Positions 17,968 to 27,717 of a stretch of 64,000 bases of DNA are shown one piece after another (the first letter of the stretch is position 1; every line of letters starts with the position of its first letter). The notes beneath the pieces were generated by a model that searched no databases, was not told the DNA's origin, and saw only the letters and a list, made by a program, of their open reading frames with translations. Source of the stretch: Candidatus Bathyarchaeota archaeon (lineage in GTDB: Archaea > Thermoproteota > Bathyarchaeia > Bathyarchaeales > Bathycorpusculaceae); contig JAOZHU010000008.1 of the NCBI GenBank assembly GCA_026014705.1, positions 17,833 through 81,832 of the forward strand, read 5' to 3'. The translations under genes and the position numbers were made by a program.

Positions 17968-19002
17968 TTATGCTTGTTGTTGAGCACTTTTCACAGCATT
18001 CACTGTCCGCTCCAGCAAGAGCTGCGCTGCTTCTTGTGAAGGCCAACCTCCGAGTCCACAGTCAGGACCTGTAAACGCCAGCCTATCCTCGTACTTGGCT
18101 TTAACGGCAAGGAACCGTTTTTGTATAACTGATGCTTCCTCAACCAGTTGCTCTGCCGTGGGCTTCGCCGCTCCTTTATCATGTAACTCGGCCAAAATCG
18201 CGTCTATGTCTGTTCTCGCCACGCCCACCCGTATCTGCTTGTCCGCTGCTTCCAGCATGCGTCGCGAGACGCTTTCGATGTTCTTCGGTGACGCAGCATA
18301 CTCAAACGATACGACATCAATGTTCTTAACGCTTAGCAGGTCAGGCAACCGCAACGCCGAGTGAAGGTGAACTTGCCTTACTGCGCCTTGAAAATCAAAA
18401 GCCCGCTCCAAAACGTTGCACAAAACATCGCTATCAGCGGTTACATCGGCAAACCCGAAGCTTGGCTCGTCAATGGACACTACTGCTGTTTTGACGTGCT
18501 TCGAGTCTAACAATGCTTTTCGCGCGAAACGTCGAATTGTCTCCGCAAAGCCTTCAAGCACATCCACGTAAGCCACAGAGCCAATCTCTTTCAGATACTG
18601 TTCCATGGGACCGAACAGCGACACACGCAGCTGAATCTTTTTTCCAAACTCTTCGCTGAGGCGTTTGGCTTCGCTTTTAATTAAGTGCACTTCAGGCAGA
18701 ACCGCATGTGACTCATCCACCACAAACGTGCCCTTTTCCATTGCCCTGTGGATGAGGTCACCTACTTGCCGCATGCCGCTGTACTGCTGTGGGTAGTTAA
18801 CGACATCCAGTCCTGTGAGACATTTTTTCTTGAACGCGTCAAGTGTGACTGTGCAGAAATTTCGCTGCACAAAATCGTTTGCACTTGGGTCTTCTCCGTT
18901 TATGATTGCCTCCCTTGCGAGGCAATAGGCTTTATCGAATGTTTCCCTGCCAACGTTCGGAGGCAGTGGAAAACTTCCTATGTCGTCAATTAACGCGTTC
19001 AT
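17968..19002 (-). CDS. MetE-C-terminal-like (cobalamin-independent methionine synthase family) protein
   Basis: Motifs SIDEPSFG, VHLHS and TGPDCGLGG are typical of the MetE/URO-D-like TIM-barrel family. Start taken at MNALIDDIGSFPLPP. Confidence 0.6.
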   Translation of the reverse strand: MNALIDDIGSFPLPPNVGRETFDKAYCLAREAIINGEDPSANDFVQRNFCTVTLDAFKKKCLTGLDVVNYPQQYSGMRQVGDLIHRAMEKGTFVVDESHAVLPEVHLIKSEAKRLSEEFGKKIQLRVSLFGPMEQYLKEIGSVAYVDVLEGFAETIRRFARKALLDSKHVKTAVVSIDEPSFGFADVTADSDVLCNVLERAFDFQGAVRQVHLHSALRLPDLLSVKNIDVVSFEYAASPKNIESVSRRMLEAADKQIRVGVARTDIDAILAELHDKGAAKPTAEQLVEEASVIQKRFLAVKAKYEDRLAFTGPDCGLGGWPSQEAAQLLLERTVNAVKSAQQQA

Positions 19003-19125
19003 GACGCTATATTTCTTGTTGAAATCTATTAAAGTTATAGCTGTAATGCACAAAAGGTGTTTGCTTAGGCACACGTATAAAAGAGAGAGAAAACTATTTG
19101 CTTAATGCATTAAAGCGGGAAAAAC

Positions 19126-19458
19126 ATGACTGAAGAACCTAATAAGAGTGAAAGCCCACCTGTGGAGAAACTTCTGGTTGACGACCCCACGAACTTTCCG
19201 TTCCACGCTGCTTACATGGTTTATTCAGAAGCATTTGACACGGCAACCAGCAACGAAGCTAAAGCTGATTTGAACATGAACATTGAAGCCCTCAAACAAG
19301 GCAAAATAGACTGTGAAACCTTTTACAGGAACATTGCGCGTTACCGAAGGTTGTCTCCGACGCCGCATCAGGAACGTTTTTCCATAGAAACTCAGAGAAA
19401 ACGAGATTGGCGCATGAAATCCCAAAGAGAAGAACGCATCCGAAGACACAAAAAATAA
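19126..19458 (+). CDS. hypothetical protein
   Basis: 110-aa charged ORF with no recognised domain. Confidence 0.35.
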   Translation: MTEEPNKSESPPVEKLLVDDPTNFPFHAAYMVYSEAFDTATSNEAKADLNMNIEALKQGKIDCETFYRNIARYRRLSPTPHQERFSIETQRKRDWRMKSQREERIRRHKK

Positions 19459-19627
19459 CGCTAACACTGGAATAGCTTTCAGAATCTTTTTTATCCGAAG
19501 ACAAAAACTTAACCATTCACTAGGAAGCATGAACAGTTTAGACGTGTTTAAACAGTTTAAAGGGAACTTTTATTTACAGAAGCTACGTTGAAAAGACGCT
19601 TAACGCAAATAAATGGAGTAGTCAAAA

Positions 19628-20392
19628 ATGCGGTCATCAGAAATTGCGATGATAGGAATCTGCGCCGCTTTGTATGCGGTAATAGGGCTCTTAACTAGTT
19701 TCGGTCTCAGCTTAGGCGGCGTAGCCTTTTGGCCTGCAGTGGTAATTCCTTCAGTATTCGCCGTCTTGTTTGGTCCTTGGGTAGGCGGAACAGGAGCAGC
19801 CATAGGAATATTCATAAGAGACGTAATCTACCATGGCGACCCCTTACTTAGCTTGTCTGCCGGAGTCACAGGCAACTTCGCCATGTGCTTCCTAATAGGA
19901 TACATCTCGCGCACCAGCCTTAGCCGCAAAAAACTCGGCATCAGCGTAATAGTCAGCGGCTCCGTAATCATTGCCGGCATATTGCTGCCGACCTTGCTGT
20001 TGCCCGCTGAATCGGCGCTTTTCACAGGGTTGAGAAACTCCGAGATAATCGCTCTGCTAGCAGCAGTTGTTGCCGCAAGTGTCCTTGCAGTTGCGGTGTT
20101 GTTTGCGTTCAAGAAAGAGTGGAGAAATTTCAGTTCAGGTGCTTTGATTGGGCAAGGCGTAGGCGCGACCATCGTGGCGATTGTCGTGTGGTTGTACAGT
20201 AACTTATTTTTTTCTCCAGGCGGCTACTTCAAATCGCCGTTGCCGTCTTCATTTGTCCCGCTAGTGTTTGTGTGGACAGTAGCCACAGAAATCCCTTTCG
20301 TGCTAGTTCTCGGCCCGCCCATAATCAAAGCAGCTTACAGGGCTTTCCCAGCACTTAGGCTCACACAAAAAACGGAGAAAAAGGCGACATAA
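19628..20392 (+). CDS. ECF-transporter S-component-like membrane protein
   Basis: 254 aa with about 6 TM helices. The N-terminal IAMIGICAALYAVIG pattern is like ECF S components/QueT. Its stop overlaps the start of pantoate kinase. Confidence 0.45.
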   Translation: MRSSEIAMIGICAALYAVIGLLTSFGLSLGGVAFWPAVVIPSVFAVLFGPWVGGTGAAIGIFIRDVIYHGDPLLSLSAGVTGNFAMCFLIGYISRTSLSRKKLGISVIVSGSVIIAGILLPTLLLPAESALFTGLRNSEIIALLAAVVAASVLAVAVLFAFKKEWRNFSSGALIGQGVGATIVAIVVWLYSNLFFSPGGYFKSPLPSSFVPLVFVWTVATEIPFVLVLGPPIIKAAYRAFPALRLTQKTEKKAT

Positions 20393-21339
20393 TGACCAAA
20401 CGAACAGCCAAAGCTTTCTCACCCGCTGGAATTTCAAGTTTCTTTGAAATCTGCGACAGAACAGCCGACGGCAAGCCTACCGCGGACTTAGAGCATGTTG
20501 GTGCCAGAGGCGGCGGTTTCGCACTTCAGAAAGGTGTCTCAACCTCGGTTTCAGCGTCAGAAGCAGCAAACTCGGGCGTTCGCGTTTACATAAATGGAAA
20601 ACTTGCGCCGGAAGCAGAGACCACAAGTACCGCCGTCCAGATGCTGCTGAGCAACGCTCGCTGTGCTTACGCTGTCGTTGTCGAGCATGAAGTTTCAGTT
20701 CCAATCGGCGCTGGGTTCGGCACAAGTGCAGGCGGAGCTTTAACCGCGGCGTTGGCGCTTTCAAGAGCGTTAGAGTTGCCGTTAACGTTCAATCAGATTG
20801 GCAGAATCGCGCATGTTGCTGAAGTTAAATGCAAGACTGGTTTAGGCACTGTTGGCCCATTGATGATTGGCGGATGCATTCTCACGGTTCAGCCAGGCGC
20901 GCCTGGCTTTAGCGTCATCGACCGCATCCCGTTGGATTCAGATTACGCTGTTGTTGCTGGCGTTTTCGGATCCACGCCCACTCGGCAAGTGCTTTCCTCT
21001 GAGGAGCAGAGGCGCAAGGTTAACAGTTACGGAAGAAAAACTTTGGACGCTATTTTGGCTAAGCCAACGTTGGAGAATTTTTTGGCATGTTGCTGGGACT
21101 TCGCTGAGAATGCAGGTTTCGCTACGGAACGTGTTCGGCAGCTAGTGCGGTTAGCGGAGAAGGCTGGTGCTGTTGGCGCAGCGCAGAACATGGTCGGGGA
21201 AGCGGTTCATGCAGTGACCCATGAGGGAAACGCTGCGGATATAGCAGAAGCTTTTAAGCAGTTGTTACCAAACGAGAACATTGTTACGTCTAGAATTGAT
21301 ATGCAGGGAGCTAGGCTGGTGGAGCATGAAAAAGTTTAG
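20392..21339 (+). CDS. pantoate kinase (archaeal CoA pathway, GHMP kinase family)
   Basis: N-terminal AFSPAGISSFFEI and the GHMP motif PIGAGFGTSAGGALTAALA. Adjacent to archaeal PPAT. Confidence 0.75.
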   Translation: MTKRTAKAFSPAGISSFFEICDRTADGKPTADLEHVGARGGGFALQKGVSTSVSASEAANSGVRVYINGKLAPEAETTSTAVQMLLSNARCAYAVVVEHEVSVPIGAGFGTSAGGALTAALALSRALELPLTFNQIGRIAHVAEVKCKTGLGTVGPLMIGGCILTVQPGAPGFSVIDRIPLDSDYAVVAGVFGSTPTRQVLSSEEQRRKVNSYGRKTLDAILAKPTLENFLACCWDFAENAGFATERVRQLVRLAEKAGAVGAAQNMVGEAVHAVTHEGNAADIAEAFKQLLPNENIVTSRIDMQGARLVEHEKV

Positions 21340-21811
21340 GAAAGTAGGAGTTGGCGGAACATTCGATGAACTTCACAGAGGCCACCGCGTTTTGCTTGCG
21401 AAAGCTTTTAAGATTGGCGAACGTGTTGCTGTTGGCTTGTGTTCCGACGAGTTCGTGAAGAAGTTAGGCAAGCCGCATGTGACGGCTTCTTACGAAGAGC
21501 GATTGAAAGAGTTGAAGGCTTTTCTGGGCGATTTAGGCGTGGTTGAAAGGGCTGAGGTTGTTCCTTTGAATGACCAGTTTGGCACAACCTTGAGCGGAGG
21601 TTGCATTGAAGCGTTAGTTGTGAGTGAAGAGACTAAACCGATTGCTGTTCGGATTAACGATAAAAGGCGAGAGGTAGGTCTGCCGCCGCTGGAAATAGTC
21701 ACCGTGCTCATGGTGCCTTCTGAAAACTGTGCACCCATTTCTACCACAAGAATCCGCAAGGGCGAGATGGACCGCGAAGGTCGCTTGCTGAAAAACTGTG
21801 GCAAGCGCTGA
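21326..21811 (+). CDS. coaD: archaeal phosphopantetheine adenylyltransferase
   Basis: MKKFRKVGVGGTFDELHRGHRVLL is the nucleotidyltransferase (T/H)xGH motif. C-terminal ISTTRIR. Overlaps the pantoate kinase end. Confidence 0.8.
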   Translation: MKKFRKVGVGGTFDELHRGHRVLLAKAFKIGERVAVGLCSDEFVKKLGKPHVTASYEERLKELKAFLGDLGVVERAEVVPLNDQFGTTLSGGCIEALVVSEETKPIAVRINDKRREVGLPPLEIVTVLMVPSENCAPISTTRIRKGEMDREGRLLKNCGKR

Positions 21812-22038
21812 AACATTAACTTAATAGTTAGTTGTATAAAGCCAATTGTTGCCTACGAGATGTTTTTAAGGCAGTTCCAGCAGGTCTGTGAGAACGGCTG
21901 TGTGTTATACTGGATGGATAAGCTATTTTCGGCTCGTAATATTGCCAAATTGGACTTATTGCCTTCTGAGAAATCTGGCTTATATCGGCTTTCGTAACTT
22001 ATGAGACACTGTAACACGGCTTAAGGAGGAAACCAAAA

Positions 22039-22746
22039 ATCATACCTACAACAAACCATGAAAATAACCGCGATTTCGAAACGCAGATAATAATCGCGGC
22101 TTTAAACGAGGAACCAGGCATTGGGCAAACAATAACGGAGCTTACAGAAAACTTGAACACAACTCGTGTCTTAGTCGTTGACGGCAATAGCCATGATAGA
22201 ACCGTGGAAATCGCCAAAAACTGTGGCGCAGAAATCGTTTTTCAAGATGGCGTCGGCAAAGGCGACGCAATAGCGAAGGCGCTTGGATACACTGATTCTG
22301 ACGTTAAATACATTGTGCTTACTGATGCCGACTTCACGTATCCGGCGGAGTATGTTCCTAAAATGATTGAGATACTGGAGCGGAACCCTCGCGTGGGTAT
22401 GGTTTGCGGGAACAGGTTCAGTCAACGCGTTGATTCGGAAACTTTGCGGGGGTCATTCTATTTGGGAAACAGGCTGCTGGCTTTTGCACATAACCTCTTT
22501 AACGGCGTGGACATGCGTGATCCGTTGACTGGTTTGCGCGTTATACGCGCTGAAATACTTCGCGATGTATCTTTGAAATCTAAGGGTTTCGATATTGAGG
22601 TTGAACTGAACCGCTGGGTGGAGCGGAAAGGCTTTGAAATTGTTGAAGTGCCAATTATCTATCGGAAGCGGTTGGGCGAGAAAAAACTGAAACTGAAACA
22701 TGGTTCAACCATCTTAAAGCGGATACTGCTCGAAACCACTTACTGA
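22039..22746 (+). CDS. family 2 glycosyltransferase (dolichyl-phosphate sugar synthase-like)
   Basis: IIIAALNEEPGIG, VVDGNSHDRT and LTDADFTYP (DxD) motifs. The conserved N-terminus lies upstream of the first canonical start (TTG 22153), so the start is assigned provisionally to ATC 22039 after GGAGG. Confidence 0.65.
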   Translation: MIPTTNHENNRDFETQIIIAALNEEPGIGQTITELTENLNTTRVLVVDGNSHDRTVEIAKNCGAEIVFQDGVGKGDAIAKALGYTDSDVKYIVLTDADFTYPAEYVPKMIEILERNPRVGMVCGNRFSQRVDSETLRGSFYLGNRLLAFAHNLFNGVDMRDPLTGLRVIRAEILRDVSLKSKGFDIEVELNRWVERKGFEIVEVPIIYRKRLGEKKLKLKHGSTILKRILLETTY

Positions 22747-22760
22747 TTGTCTTTCATTTT

Positions 22761-23528
22761 TTAGAACTCGAATCTTGGTTCAGAAGCAACTGAAGATAGC
22801 AGTTTTTCTGCTGCCTCTTCCTGCTTTTCTGTGCCGCTGACCGCGAGTAAGCAGCTGCCTTCTGCCCCACAGACACCGCCGGCTGCAATCAACTCGGCGG
22901 TGGCGCTTGTTAAGAGGGTTATTGCATCTAACTCTGTGAACACTTGGCCAGGGACTGGAAACAGGCGGTACCCTTTTGCGCTAGGCATGTTTATTTTTGC
23001 GGCTATTGTGTGTAAATCTCCGCATAGGCGTTTTTCTAAGCCTACAGGTATGATTAGGCTGACGCGCCGTCCCAGCACGGCTTGCAGAGCCACGGCTATT
23101 GTTCCAGCTTTAGTGTGTCCTATTAAGATGGCTGCTTGTTTCTTCTGCAAATCCAAAGCGTTCGCGCCTTTTAGGATAACGTCGCCTTCTTTGAGGTCGT
23201 CAACTACGTTGGCTATTGTTTTGCCTTTCTGCCACATGCCCCGCGTTATTATTACGTCGCCTGGAAATTTGCTTTCGTCAGTCAAGCGTCCTTCAGCGGT
23301 TACTGTTTTCGCGGGTGGCAAGATTATGCCGCGGAAGAAGTGTTTTCTGGAGAAATCGCCAGTTATGCCGTGTGTTTTGAAGATTTCTTCGGTTACGTAG
23401 CCGTTGGTTGTGCCTGCAAGGATAACGATGGTTCCCTGTTTTAAGGCATTTTGCACTGTGGGATGCGTTGCTAGTGCTTTGGCGATTAGTCGTTTTCCCG
23501 CAGCGGGTGTAATAACGTACTGTTTCAT
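22761..23528 (-). CDS. conserved hypothetical protein
   Basis: 255-aa soluble ORF with coding-like composition. No family recognised by eye. Confidence 0.45.
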   Translation of the reverse strand: MKQYVITPAAGKRLIAKALATHPTVQNALKQGTIVILAGTTNGYVTEEIFKTHGITGDFSRKHFFRGIILPPAKTVTAEGRLTDESKFPGDVIITRGMWQKGKTIANVVDDLKEGDVILKGANALDLQKKQAAILIGHTKAGTIAVALQAVLGRRVSLIIPVGLEKRLCGDLHTIAAKINMPSAKGYRLFPVPGQVFTELDAITLLTSATAELIAAGGVCGAEGSCLLAVSGTEKQEEAAEKLLSSVASEPRFEF

Positions 23529-23700
23529 GCGTTCTCATCCCGTTTTTTCAGTTGGTTTGCGCTGGTGATTTAGATGGCATGTTGATAATAAATCTTAGTG
23601 GATTGCTGGGGTTTGTTGTTGGTTTTTGCTTTTTTGGCTATTTTTGCTCAATGTGTGCATTAGCCTTTTGATGTGGTGGAAAAAAGCATACGTGTGATGG

Positions 23701-24261
23701 TTATTCTTTTGGATTGACTTCAAAGGTCATGTAACCCAGACTTAGTGTGTTGCTTGTCATCGTTGGAAAGACTATGACAGGAGAACCGTCTAGACTTACG
23801 GTTAATTCGTGCCAGCAGTTTCTTGCTACTTCAACGATAAAGCGGTCTGTGTAGTTGGGGATGTTGTATATCTCCACGAAGGCTTCGATGTCTCCGTGTT
23901 CTTGTTGTCCATGTTGGAACACCCAATAGTTGACGGTTGTTTGAAAGTAGTCTTCGCTGTCTTCTTCTCGTAGCTCATAGAAATCGCAAACGCGGATGGG
24001 ATTGGTGAAATTTGTTTCTGTGATGTTTACGGTTAGGCGGTTTTTGATGGCTGTTATTTCCTCATATAACGGCAAATTCGCTTTTTCAGGTGACAGCTGT
24101 GGGCGTAGCGTCAAAAGATTCAGTAGCGCAAGCGTAGCCGTCGCTGAGAAAACCAACGATAGAATAATTACTTTTCTCTTTTTTATTTCAATTCCCCCGA
24201 TTTTTTGTCTGCTCTGCAGGGTAAAAAATTTTGCGTGCGCCGAAAAGGTGAGTTCTAGCAT
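23701..24261 (-). CDS. hypothetical N-terminally anchored protein
   Basis: 186 aa. One TM helix (VIILSLVFSATATLALLNLL) followed by a soluble domain. Confidence 0.4.
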   Translation of the reverse strand: MLELTFSAHAKFFTLQSRQKIGGIEIKKRKVIILSLVFSATATLALLNLLTLRPQLSPEKANLPLYEEITAIKNRLTVNITETNFTNPIRVCDFYELREEDSEDYFQTTVNYWVFQHGQQEHGDIEAFVEIYNIPNYTDRFIVEVARNCWHELTVSLDGSPVIVFPTMTSNTLSLGYMTFEVNPKE

Positions 24262-24359
24262 AGGTTTCGATTAGTTTCTTCGAAGACTGGCAACGTTTAT
24301 TGTTAAGTTCGGTTTGAAAGCAAAAAAAGGGTGGGGATTATTCTTTAGTGTACGTGGTT

Positions 24360-26069
24360 TTATGGTGGATAAAGCAGAGTTGAGTCGTCACCGCCAGTAA
24401 CGTAGCTGTTTATCGTGTTGACTGTCGTGACTTTGCCTGTTGAATCGATGACCATGCTGAAAACTATCCATATGTCGGTGCCTGAAGGCTGGTTTGAAGG
24501 TGGTGTAAAGCGATAAATGCCTTTATTTGGGATTACTAGGTTGACTTCTGCGTTTGACGTGGCTATTTTGCCTTCTCCGTCGAAGTGTCTCACTGAGTAT
24601 TGATAGGTTCCCGGACGCAGTTTTGAGATAGATATAACTTCGGGTCCATAGCTGTCTGTGTCGTCAGTATCTAAGTTCGCGAAAGGCGTCGAAGTTAACG
24701 AGCCTTCTTCCCAATAGTAGACATGGAATGTTCCGCCACCGTCCAATTTAGCTGCGAGGTGGCTATCTAAGTCTTCTGGGGTCAAGCCCCATGTTAACGT
24801 AATCTGTATCACTGGTGCGTCTATTACTATGTCGCCGACGTTGTATTCTTCATTTTGTACTAAGGGACCTGCTTGGAAGACTGTGCTTTTATGGCCACCT
24901 TTGGATGCTTGGTACTTGAATGTTACGCCAACTTCTACTGGGATTCGCGTGAAGGTGCCGTCTGCTTTGGTTTCGGTTTCGCCGCTTGCCCATCTCTGCT
25001 GGTACCATCCTGTTCCCCAGCATTTGACTTGGGCGCCTTGAACTGGGTTGCCGTTGGAGTCTACGACGCGTCCGCTTACGTATGCTGCGGGGTAGCGGAT
25101 GTCAAAGTTCCAAGTTGAGAAGTGGCTCACTGTGCCTGTGAAGCTTCCTGAGGCTGCGTCGTATGTGCCTTGTCCTTCTTCTTGCCAGACGCCTGTGGCT
25201 GGGTCGAAGTACCACATTGGGCACGTGCCTAAGGCTGCTGCTTCGCTTTGCATGCTGTATGGGACTTTAATCTGGATTGTGGCGTTTTGGCCGCTTGCCA
25301 ACTGCAGTTGTTCGCCGCTTTGGCTTGTTATGGATACTTCCATGAAGCCGAAGGATTTAATGGGCGAGATTGTCTGGTCTGCTGCGGATTTTCCGAGGTA
25401 TTCGCCTGGGAAGGCGTTGGCTTCCATTTCGTTGCTTGGGTCGAAGGATGTTACGGTGGCTTCTGCCATTCCCGTGTATAGCGTGTTTTGCAGTGTTCTC
25501 AGCGAGTTTGCCGCGATTACGAGTCTAGCGTTGTCCACGGTTGTTATCGTGATGCCTTGGGCGGCGTCGAAGGTGACGGTTGTGTCGGCAGGGCTTAGTG
25601 TGACTTCCACGAAGTTGCTTTCTCCAGAGTAAATGTTGGTCACTTTGTAGGTGGTGGCATAGCCGTTTTTGGTGAATTTGACGACTTGTTTGCTTCCTGG
25701 CAGGACGTTTGCTACGCTGAACCATCCTTGGTCGTTTGTTGAGCTTGTCTTTCCGCTTATGCTGACTGTGACATCGGAGAGAGCGGAGCCTGAGGTGTCA
25801 ACTACTGTGCCTATCAGCACGCCGTAGGTTACGATGCTCGTTCCTCCAGTGGGCGTAGGCGTAGGTGACGGTGTTGGCGTCGGATTAATCGTGCCAGGGC
25901 GCCACGGAATGATGTTGAAGACGAGAAGCATCACTATGATGATGACGGCTGCTGCGACGACGGCTGCGGAAATTATGCCTGTTTTTCTTTTGCTACCTGT
26001 CTTGGTTGGTGGCGGAGGTGGAGGAGGCGGATAAGCTAGTTTGAATAAACGTTTAGTCATTTGTTTCAC
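24360..26069 (-). CDS. membrane-anchored surface protein with carboxypeptidase-regulatory-like domains and N-terminal poly-proline tail
   Basis: 569 aa. N-terminus is AYPPPPPPPPT, then a TM helix, then a PTPTPSPTPTP linker. Two GxVVDxxGxxLxxVxV CarboxypepD_reg-like units. Confidence 0.6.
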   Translation of the reverse strand: MKQMTKRLFKLAYPPPPPPPPTKTGSKRKTGIISAAVVAAAVIIIVMLLVFNIIPWRPGTINPTPTPSPTPTPTGGTSIVTYGVLIGTVVDTSGSALSDVTVSISGKTSSTNDQGWFSVANVLPGSKQVVKFTKNGYATTYKVTNIYSGESNFVEVTLSPADTTVTFDAAQGITITTVDNARLVIAANSLRTLQNTLYTGMAEATVTSFDPSNEMEANAFPGEYLGKSAADQTISPIKSFGFMEVSITSQSGEQLQLASGQNATIQIKVPYSMQSEAAALGTCPMWYFDPATGVWQEEGQGTYDAASGSFTGTVSHFSTWNFDIRYPAAYVSGRVVDSNGNPVQGAQVKCWGTGWYQQRWASGETETKADGTFTRIPVEVGVTFKYQASKGGHKSTVFQAGPLVQNEEYNVGDIVIDAPVIQITLTWGLTPEDLDSHLAAKLDGGGTFHVYYWEEGSLTSTPFANLDTDDTDSYGPEVISISKLRPGTYQYSVRHFDGEGKIATSNAEVNLVIPNKGIYRFTPPSNQPSGTDIWIVFSMVIDSTGKVTTVNTINSYVTGGDDSTLLYPP

Positions 26070-26165
26070 CTTGGTTTACAACCTCTCGCTGCGCTTGCAT
26101 ATAAGTTTACTTTCCAGCTTCGGCGGATAGACACATCGTGAAAACTCATTTTTTTAAGAAAAGTG

Positions 26166-26243
26166 TGGCGGGCTCGACGGGAATTGAACCCGCGACCCCC
26201 GGATTAAAAGTCCGGTGCTCTAGCCTGACTGAGCTACGAGCCC
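26166..26243 (-). tRNA. tRNA-Lys (anticodon UUU), CCA encoded
   Basis: Manual fold gives acceptor GGGCUCG/CGAGCCC, D arm GCUC/GAGC, anticodon stem CCGGA/UCCGG with loop CUUUUAA, and T loop UUCAAUU. Discriminator G is followed by a genomic CCA. Confidence 0.9.
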
Positions 26244-26638
26244 TCTGACTCGCGTTGTCGTTCATAGGGAAAACAAAAGAGGTTTTTTAGCATTTCGATT
26301 CGCACAGCAGGTTTGCCAACAAGAATCAATGATTTGTTCAGCCCAAAAAAGCAACATTGCTTTATGGCACTCAATAGACAATAAATTGACGCGAAATATT
26401 TGAAGCCATTATCAGTTGTATGCATAAACATGTAAGTTTATCTATTAAGCTGTTAATCTGCTTCAAGTATGCGTGCTCCTGTTGTTGGGTTCTAAAAGGG
26501 ATTGGAGTTATCTAGGTAGGAGAACGATAACTTACATTTGGGTGAAGATTTACCTGAATTTTTGTGTTCACAAGTTTCAAGGCGCATTCCACGTTAAAGT
26601 GCATGAGCATTGCTTGTTGTGTTTTTCCCTTCGTTTTG

Positions 26639-26648
26639 TTTAAATATT
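26639..26648 (+). promoter_or_regulatory. putative TATA box upstream of rps12
   Basis: TTTAAATATT lies about 40 nt upstream of the rps12 ATG. GAGGAT is SD-like, about 9 nt before the ATG. Confidence 0.3.
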
Positions 26649-26686
26649 AGTGTTGGTGTTTATGCTGTGCAAGAGGATAAATTAGA

Positions 26687-27127
26687 ATGGGTTCCAAGTC
26701 TCCACGCGGCGAATTTGCCGCACGGCAATTAAAGAAGAAGCGGAAAAACTTCCGTTGGTCAGATCGTTACTATAACCGCCGCATGCTCATGCTTGACCAA
26801 AAAGTCGACCCTATGGAAGGCGCACCCATGAGCAGAGGCATAGTTCTCGAAAAAGTAGGTGTTGAATCTAAGCAGCCTAACAGCGCCATCCGCAAATGCG
26901 TTCGCACCCAACTAATCAAGAACGGGCGTGTGATCACAGCATTTTTGCCAGGCGACGGCGCACTCAATCTGGTTGACGAACACGATGAGGTAACCGTTGA
27001 AGGTATAGGCGGCACTCGTGGCGGAGCCATGGGTGACATTCCTGGTGTTCGCTGGAAGGTTATAATGGTCAACGGTGTATCTTTGAACGAGCTGGTTTAT
27101 GGAAGAAAGCAGAAGCCTGCACGGTGA
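26687..27127 (+). CDS. rps12: 30S ribosomal protein S12
   Basis: 146 aa. [19 protein letters not shown] and PGVRWKV are canonical for archaeal S12/uS12. Confidence 0.95.
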   Translation: MGSKSPRGEFAARQLKKKRKNFRWSDRYYNRRMLMLDQKVDPMEGAPMSRGIVLEKVGVESKQPNSAIRKCVRTQLIKNGRVITAFLPGDGALNLVDEHDEVTVEGIGGTRGGAMGDIPGVRWKVIMVNGVSLNELVYGRKQKPAR

Positions 27128-27132
27128 CATGC

Positions 27133-27714
27133 ATGAGCACGACAACGCAAACAGAAATTAAGCTTTTCCAGAAATGGAGCTTCAAAGACATTAAGGTTAA
27201 CGATTTAGGGTTGCAGCGTTACTTGAATTTGACGCCAATGGTGGCGCCGCACAGCATGGGCAGGCATGAGCATCAGAGGTTCCGCAAAGCAAACGTGAAC
27301 ATTGTTGAGCGTTTGATTAATAACCTTATGCGCCCCGGCAAAAACGCAGGCAAAAAAGCCAAAACGACTAATATCGTCAAACAAGCCTTCGAAATAATAA
27401 ACTTGCGTACAGGAAAAAACCCTGTAGAAGTCTTAGTTAGGGCAGTGGAAAACTCGGCGCCATGCGAAGACACCACGCGTATCAGCTACGGAGGCGTAGT
27501 CTACCATCTGTCAGTGGATGTTGCCCCGCAAAGGCGCATAGACTTAGCTATTAGGCATATTAGCGAAGGTGCACGTGCTGCTTCGCTTAACACGCCACGT
27601 TCAATAGAAGAATGCATAGCTGACGAATTGATTCTGGCAGCGAACAACGACATTAAGAGTTCCGCCGTAGCCAAGCGCAACGAAATAGAACGTGTTGCGC
27701 AGTCCTCGCGGTAA
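27133..27714 (+). CDS. rps7: 30S ribosomal protein S7
   Basis: IVERLINNLMRPGKNAGKK...RISYGGVVY...VDVAPQRR are uS7 signatures. Lies immediately after rps12. Confidence 0.9.
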   Translation: MSTTTQTEIKLFQKWSFKDIKVNDLGLQRYLNLTPMVAPHSMGRHEHQRFRKANVNIVERLINNLMRPGKNAGKKAKTTNIVKQAFEIINLRTGKNPVEVLVRAVENSAPCEDTTRISYGGVVYHLSVDVAPQRRIDLAIRHISEGARAASLNTPRSIEECIADELILAANNDIKSSAVAKRNEIERVAQSSR

Positions 27715-27717
27715 TCG

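Noticed and set aside
25990-26035. G/C-rich simple-sequence tract (ggtggcggaggtggaggaggcgg), with similar tracts at 47066-47090 and 47817-47845
   Set aside because: These are not non-coding microsatellites. They are the antisense of in-frame poly-proline codons in three minus-strand genes, reported as a protein-level finding instead.
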